Positions 58,772-64,000 of a stretch of 64,000 bases of DNA are shown here, in pieces (position 1 is the stretch's first letter; each line of letters starts with the position of its first letter). Both the position numbers and the translations under genes were made by a program. The notes under the pieces were generated by a model, which searched no databases, was not told the DNA's origin, and was given only the letters and a program-made list of their open reading frames with translations. This DNA is from Minisyncoccota bacterium. GTDB taxonomy: Bacteria; Patescibacteriota; Minisyncoccia; UBA6257; JAGOQP01. Location: the NCBI GenBank assembly GCA_041674185.1, contig JBAYWE010000002.1, forward strand, positions 2,233 to 66,232, in the 5' to 3' direction.

Positions 58772-59536
58772 TTATCTATCATCATCTGCAAAAAACTCAT
58801 ATCCTCCAATAAGCACGGGAGTTGAAACAAAATACCAAATAATAACATCATCAATAGGAAATACGTGGCCACACAACATAATGGGAAATACATATTCTCC
58901 TGGCCACCACCAACTTCCCACAACGAGAGAAACGACCTCATATATAAAAAATATAATCGCAAAAAATAAAGTGGGAATAAGTGTTTTTTTAATAAGGTGC
59001 GGACGATGACTAAAAATAAGCACCGCAGGAATAAATAAAACAATAACTGCAAGAATCATATACTGCAGTGAAACGGTGGTGGGATCATAAAAATAAAGTG
59101 AAAAAACCACTCCTGCAAAAACAACATATAACCCTACAAGAAACTTAAAATATTTTGATATGTGTCGTTGTTGATGATCTTTGTCTATAAAATATTCATA
59201 GAATGAAAGGGCCCAAAAAAAGTTCAGGAACGCGAATAACATATTCTCAAATGGAACCAATCCAAAAAGTCGAGGAAATACCGACTGTACATCCCATGCA
59301 TTTGCTAAACGAGCTGCAAGCTCAACGGGAGGAGCAAAAATAAGCGCAGATATAAGAGAGAAAATAAATACTCGCATACGAGCATGGCGCAACCACATGA
59401 AATTAACAACGGAAGGCACCAGAAGCACAAGACAAATTGAAAAAATATAAGAAGGACTCACCATTAAAACAACCGTACAGGCACACAACACATAGACAAA
59501 CAAAAATAACATCCGGTAGATATGATAACGAGACAT
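58772..59536 (-). CDS. polytopic membrane protein, hypothetical
   Basis: About 8 TM helices. The ORF extends to 59653, overlapping the next gene; an internal start is assumed. Confidence 0.4.
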   Translation of the reverse strand: MSRYHIYRMLFLFVYVLCACTVVLMVSPSYIFSICLVLLVPSVVNFMWLRHARMRVFIFSLISALIFAPPVELAARLANAWDVQSVFPRLFGLVPFENMLFAFLNFFWALSFYEYFIDKDHQQRHISKYFKFLVGLYVVFAGVVFSLYFYDPTTVSLQYMILAVIVLFIPAVLIFSHRPHLIKKTLIPTLFFAIIFFIYEVVSLVVGSWWWPGEYVFPIMLCGHVFPIDDVIIWYFVSTPVLIGGYEFFADDDR

Positions 59537-59540
59537 AAGA

Positions 59541-59948
59541 TTATTTTCTTTTACGCTTTTTGAGATGTATCTGTTTAGAGCTTTGTGTAATAGCAAAAAC
59601 CATGAGAACCATAATATATATAGAGGTGACATCAGGAGAAATAGTAAAAGCACTTCCCATCCAGAAAGAAGCTATCGCAAGTCCCATAAATAAAGCACTC
59701 CACACTGCAACAAATAATTCACCCGGATGACGCCCCCCATCATTTCGCTCAAACCACCTATTAAATTCCTTCGTTCCCACAAAAATACTCAGTAAAGAAC
59801 CGTAAATAACAGAAAAGGGAGTCACTAAATAATGATACTGATCGTTCCCAAAAAAATCCAATAATACCACAAGAATAGAGGCAAATGTCCAGATATTGGT
59901 GATATACCGCCAAAAATTTTCAAAAAAATAATCTCTCCTAGATTTCAT
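59541..59948 (-). CDS. membrane protein, hypothetical
   Basis: Four TM helices. Confidence 0.4.
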   Translation of the reverse strand: MKSRRDYFFENFWRYITNIWTFASILVVLLDFFGNDQYHYLVTPFSVIYGSLLSIFVGTKEFNRWFERNDGGRHPGELFVAVWSALFMGLAIASFWMGSAFTISPDVTSIYIMVLMVFAITQSSKQIHLKKRKRK

Positions 59949-60044
59949 CTCAGAATATCAACAGCGGTTTTTATCACCGATGTCATACTATATTAATAAT
60001 AAAAATTATATAAATATCGTACCACAAAGTACAAAAAAACAAAA

Positions 60045-60469
60045 CCGGCACGCATATAAGCCGGATTCTGTTCACTATATCGGTATATAATATAGATCGA
60101 TAACAATTTATCTGGGCCATCAATTACTCTCAGGCTCAAGCGACTCATCCAACCCCACCTTTAGAGTATAGAAATTTCTATTTTCTAAAGGTGGAGCTGG
60201 ATACGGTCTTGCACTCATGTAAGGATTTTGCCGTTTCACCTCTTATATTACTATAAGAGCTCATCCTCCTCCACATAAAGCTTCGGAGGATGTTGTATTG
60301 CTTTCGTAATACAACGTCTCTGTTCGCACCTCTAAGCTTACACTCGATGGGAATTACCCACTACACATACCTCGTGCATAGCACGAGATTGAGTGTCCGG
60401 ACTTTCCTCCCAACACCACTTTTAAACTCAATAAATTATAAAGTTAAAAAGTGATGTTGGGCTGTTATC
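60045..60469 (-). ncRNA. rnpB: RNase P RNA (bacterial type)
   Basis: Reverse complement contains GGAGGAAAGTCCGGACAC (P4 5' strand) and ACAGAATCCGGCTTAT (P4 3' strand). P1 pairs GGCACGCA with TGCGTGCC at the two ends. A P3 hairpin is CCAACACCACTTTT paired with AAAAGTGATGTTGG. Confidence 0.8.
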
Positions 60470-60532
60470 CTGCGTGCCAATATTAAAATATAATAAAATA
60501 AAGATTGTGTCAAATAACCTTATATACAAAGA

Positions 60533-61012
60533 TTATGCACTTTTAGAAAGAGGGTGTATTATTGTTCTATTTTCATCCTCATACGCAATGAAAAGAGCAA
60601 TTTGTATTGAACGTACACGAGAAATCTCTTGTATTTCAAATGGAATTTGTTTTCCTTTTTCAACCGCATGAGTATACAGCGTCGTAAGGGCATCTATAAA
60701 CTGTGTATGAGCTTCCTCCTGACGATCTAATAACCCTCGCATACCCTCGACAGATCCATCCTTAACGTCTGCTAATTCTTGGAGAAGAAGTACCTCTCCT
60801 GCATATATATGACTCCGCGTAATGAGTGTATCAACGTCTTGCATGAGCAGCTCATCTCCCTCTGTTAATAAAGAGAGCGCACGCATGGAAAAGATTTCTC
60901 CAAACTCAGCCTGATATTTTTCAAGAACAGCAGAATCCAACTGTATATGATATTCATTTTGATGCATCGTGTCATGTTCAAATTTTCCTTCAAAAGAATG
61001 GTGTGTATGCAT
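60533..61012 (-). CDS. hypothetical protein
   Basis: 159-aa ORF with a His-rich N-terminus. Confidence 0.4.
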   Translation of the reverse strand: MHTHHSFEGKFEHDTMHQNEYHIQLDSAVLEKYQAEFGEIFSMRALSLLTEGDELLMQDVDTLITRSHIYAGEVLLLQELADVKDGSVEGMRGLLDRQEEAHTQFIDALTTLYTHAVEKGKQIPFEIQEISRVRSIQIALFIAYEDENRTIIHPLSKSA

Positions 61013-61024
61013 ATAGAATAATAA

Positions 61025-61468
61025 TTAAAATAGAGATCTTTTTTGATGTTCATCAAGGGCTTCGTTTACCATTCGATCCGCAACACCATTCTGTTCTCGA
61101 GGAATATGTATAAACAAAACTTCCTTAAATTCCTGTTTTAGATTCCAAATAGAAACAAAATAAGAAAACAATTCTGGTTCTTTTAATTTAAATATTCCTG
61201 ATAATTGATTCACCACTAATTGACTATCTGAACGTATTTCAATACAAGTCTGTTGAGCAATATGAGATCCTAATAAACTCTTTGCCTTTTTTAAAGCAAA
61301 AACAATCGCTTGATATTCTGCGGTATTATTGGTTCCTTCTCCAATATATTCCCCATATCGTTTATCGCGGTCAGGAATAAAAACACCAATAGCACTCGGA
61401 CCAGGATTTCCCCGAGATCCTCCATCAGTATAGATAATAAAATGAGTCTGCGTAGACATATATAACAT
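61025..61468 (-). CDS. rnhA: ribonuclease HI
   Basis: IYTDGGSRGNPGPSA, TNNTAEYQA and NGVADRMVNEA conserve the RNase H D-E-D-D motifs. Confidence 0.85.
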   Translation of the reverse strand: MLYMSTQTHFIIYTDGGSRGNPGPSAIGVFIPDRDKRYGEYIGEGTNNTAEYQAIVFALKKAKSLLGSHIAQQTCIEIRSDSQLVVNQLSGIFKLKEPELFSYFVSIWNLKQEFKEVLFIHIPREQNGVADRMVNEALDEHQKRSLF

Positions 61469-61471
61469 GTA

Positions 61472-62335
61472 TTATACACTTTTTTTTGATTCTTTCATCC
61501 TCCGCCATGGAAATGGTTTACAAGAAGGAACTAGAAAACCAGCGGCAGCCGCATGTCCTCCCCCTCCATACCTCTGAGCTAATTTTGACACATCATAGGT
61601 ACCATTTGATCGTAATGATACATGAAATACATCCCCTTCTTGAGACCAAACGACAGAAAAGGGAGGATATTTTTTGTACAATGCATGAGCCACCTCAGAA
61701 CGAATAGCTTCCGTTGCTTCATTAACCGCGTATACAATACGTCCAGCAAATCGTATAGGATATGCGTTTTGAATAGATTGTTGAATGAGTGTTTTTCTAT
61801 ATCGTTCTATAATCTCTCCTTGTGCAATAATTTTTTTTCTCTGTTGTGGCTGTTCTAAGGCACGAGAAAATATGTCCCACTTTTTTAAATAAAATCCACC
61901 CAAAACAAGCATATTACGAACACGATCCGTGTGTGGAATTTTAAAATTCCATAAATCACCATCTTCAACATAGCGCACTAACCAAGGAACTCTTATATGA
62001 GGAAAGAAATGTTTCCATGTTAAGAAAGCACCAGAATGAGCTACATCAAACATATATTCATCAGCAAAATGTACATCGTTTTCACTACTTATGTGATGAT
62101 CAAGTATGACAACTCGACACCCCCTCTTCTGTAAGAAAGTTATATCACTTACTAATAAACTGTTATCAAGAACGTATATATCAGTATCTCGTACCGTACG
62201 CAAGTCACGCGGAAACTGACGCGGAGGAATCGCATAATAAGAAGCTTTCGCACCAAATTTTTTCCATGCGACCCAAAAAGCACAAAATCCATCCAAGCAA
62301 TCATTATGATACAAAACAATAATTTTTCTTTTCAT
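61472..62335 (-). CDS. DHH/DHHA1-family phosphoesterase (NrnA-like)
   Basis: DHH motif VVILDHHIS and DHHA1 motif GGGGHAAAAG. Confidence 0.75.
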   Translation of the reverse strand: MKRKIIVLYHNDCLDGFCAFWVAWKKFGAKASYYAIPPRQFPRDLRTVRDTDIYVLDNSLLVSDITFLQKRGCRVVILDHHISSENDVHFADEYMFDVAHSGAFLTWKHFFPHIRVPWLVRYVEDGDLWNFKIPHTDRVRNMLVLGGFYLKKWDIFSRALEQPQQRKKIIAQGEIIERYRKTLIQQSIQNAYPIRFAGRIVYAVNEATEAIRSEVAHALYKKYPPFSVVWSQEGDVFHVSLRSNGTYDVSKLAQRYGGGGHAAAAGFLVPSCKPFPWRRMKESKKSV

Positions 62336-62338
62336 ATA

Positions 62339-63481
62339 TTAACGCAAAGTTTCTAACGCGGGCATTTTTTTACCACTCATATAGGTAAGAAGGGCTCCCC
62401 CTCCTGTAGATAAAAATACGTTTTGAGGAATCTGTTTTGATTCCTTACAAATAAATGAAACCGTTTCTCCTCCGCCGATGATAACAGCAACTCGCGAGTT
62501 GCTTTTTGCTCTTTTTTCTATAGCGCGCCATATAGCGCGAGATCCTTTTTGGAACTGAGGAACATCAGTTAATCCCAGAGGACCATTCCATACAATCGTA
62601 TACGCACGAGATATTTCTTGACCATACCATCGCGCTGTTCGTGGGCCGATATCAAATATAGAGTTGTTTTTTATTTCTGTATCCCGAGGAACTTGGATCT
62701 TAGACTGTAACACAAATTTTTTAACTGTTGAAACGGCATCATGAACAGACGATCCAATATTATATCCGCACCACAAAAGAAATGTATTTGCCACCCCTCC
62801 TCCCGTAAGAATCGTATCAGCGTGTGAGACAAACCAATTTAATAATCCAATTTTATCAGACACCTTTACCCCTCCTACAAGCGCCACAAAGGGACGCTGA
62901 GGAGTTTTTAATACACGATTAAGAGCAACTAATTCTGCTTCAAGCGCAGGACCCACATATGAAGGAATAGATGCCGTAATAGCGCACATAGATGCGTGTG
63001 CTCTGTGCGAATTCGCAAATGCATCATTCACATATATATCTCCTAGTTGAGCCAATTTCTTTGCAAAGATTTTATTATTTTTCTGTTCTCCTTTATAAAA
63101 ACGAAGATTTTCACACAAAAATATATTTTTGTCTGACTGGGTAATAATATTTTTTCCGTTCACAATATCAGGAATAAAAACAACTCCTTCTTTTAGTTCT
63201 TTTTCTATGATTTTTACAAACGGTTTTAGTGAAAATTTTTTATTCTCCTCATTTGAAATTAGAAACTTGAAATTAGAAATTATTCTCTCGGATGCTGGTC
63301 TTCCTCTGTGAGTTAATATAACCACCCGAGATCCACGCGTACGAATAAAACGAATTGTTTCTATGGCACGTTTCACGCGTAGTGAATATTTAATATCATC
63401 ATCGTGTACATCAAAATCAACGCGTAATAATATCGTTTTTCCTTTTACTTCTGATTTTTTTAGTTGAGTGAAAAATTTCAT
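62339..63481 (-). CDS. pgk: phosphoglycerate kinase
   Basis: LLRVDFDVH N-terminus, and ALVGGVKVSDKIGLL and STGGGALL motifs. Confidence 0.85.
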   Translation of the reverse strand: MKFFTQLKKSEVKGKTILLRVDFDVHDDDIKYSLRVKRAIETIRFIRTRGSRVVILTHRGRPASERIISNFKFLISNEENKKFSLKPFVKIIEKELKEGVVFIPDIVNGKNIITQSDKNIFLCENLRFYKGEQKNNKIFAKKLAQLGDIYVNDAFANSHRAHASMCAITASIPSYVGPALEAELVALNRVLKTPQRPFVALVGGVKVSDKIGLLNWFVSHADTILTGGGVANTFLLWCGYNIGSSVHDAVSTVKKFVLQSKIQVPRDTEIKNNSIFDIGPRTARWYGQEISRAYTIVWNGPLGLTDVPQFQKGSRAIWRAIEKRAKSNSRVAVIIGGGETVSFICKESKQIPQNVFLSTGGGALLTYMSGKKMPALETLR

Positions 63482-63681
63482 AGATAATTTATTATGAGCG
63501 GGTAACGGGAATCCTTTTCACCCGTCGCTTCGCCGTGCTTACGCACATGCTTCGCTCCTCCTTTAAAGCCTGGGTTTCTCAAAAAGTGAAGCAGTTCACT
63601 TTTTTCGAATACCCTTCGATTCCCTAGCATTGGATTTTATAAATAAATTATTATCACGCAGGGTAATTATAATTTATTATG

Positions 63682-63752
63682 AGCGGGTAACGGGAATCGA
63701 ACCCGTGTCTAAACCTTGGGAAGGTCTCATTCTGCCACTAAACCATACCCGC
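63682..63752 (-). tRNA. tRNA-Gly (anticodon CCC)
   Basis: Reverse complement is GCGGGTATGGTTTAGTGGCAGAATGAGACCTTCCCAAGGTTTAGACACGGGTTCGATTCCCGTTACCCGC. It is closely similar to bacterial tRNA-Gly(CCC). Confidence 0.8.
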
Positions 63753-64000
63753 ATATCATGCGGTACATAGTACAGAGAAACAGTAAAAAACTCAACAAAA
63801 AAATGATCATTATTATGAATATCTTATTTTGTTGCGTTATATAACACTAGGATTTCTGACGCAGAAAGTGCACGATTATAAACACGAACATCGTCAATAA
63901 GACCATTTAGAACACTGTTATAATAATTACTTTTACCAATCCATAAATTATAACCCGTATTTGTAACATTATATGCGGTGCTCGTAATTAATGTTCTTGA

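Noticed and set aside
1-64000. Possibility of UGA (Gly) recoding, as in some CPR lineages
   Set aside because: Recognisable proteins (dnaX, pgk, mraY, the 1009-aa ATPase) are intact as standard-code ORFs. The single RF present has an RF1-type PxT motif, so it does not by itself show that UGA is reassigned.
1-64000. CRISPR array or cas genes
   Set aside because: No short regularly spaced direct repeats were seen. The Cas4-like nuclease at 40672-41511 is a standalone phage/plasmid-type exonuclease with no cas1/cas2 nearby.

Overview
Low-GC (~35%) bacterial chromosome segment. Its features (truncated RF1, short DnaX, type IV-pilin-like proteins, a DGR, a reduced dcw cluster) suggest a small-genome uncultivated lineage, possibly CPR/Patescibacteria-like; the lineage cannot be established from this window. 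Standard genetic code: ORFs are long and unbroken, so there is no sign of UGA recoding. Core genes lie at 1-11.8 kb: 16S rRNA 5' end, rpmE, a truncated RF1, murG, ftsW, mraY, a D-Ala-D-Ala carboxypeptidase, scpAB, dnaX and tRNA-Gln. Core genes resume at 47.6-64 kb: LMW-PTP, MFS, ABC-F, PCD, ECF sigma/anti-sigma, TrmH, tRNA-Ser, pyrD, LOG, RNase P RNA, rnhA, a DHH phosphoesterase, pgk and tRNA-Gly. Between them (~11.8-47.4 kb) is a ~36 kb accessory/mobile region inserted at the 3' end of tRNA-Gln. It carries two large serine recombinases, a C-protein-controlled Type II R-M system with a fused double MTase, and HEPN-like and RNase H-like genes. It also carries a T9SS-sorted BNR protein, tandem RuvC-like genes, a Dam MTase, a secreted non-specific nuclease and two paralogous DUF87/TraD-like ATPases. 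A compact island at 28.8-33.1 kb holds a GIY-YIG nuclease, a STAS-GHKL ATPase and a STAS-wHTH protein, immediately followed by a ubiquitin-like conjugation operon (multiubiquitin protein, fused E2-like/E1 ThiF protein, DUF6527). A complete diversity-generating retroelement lies at 35.5-38.8 kb: the RT carries the IGxxxSQ signature and a 125-bp TR/VR pair differs only at template adenines. Its companions are an Avd protein and a pilin-like target with a C-type-lectin C-terminus. A defense cluster at 43.6-47.4 kb holds a PD-(D/E)xK nuclease, an OLD-family ATPase-Toprim nuclease and an XRE regulator. The most novel candidate is the nuclease/GHKL/STAS partner-switching-like trio coupled to the Ubl-E1 operon.
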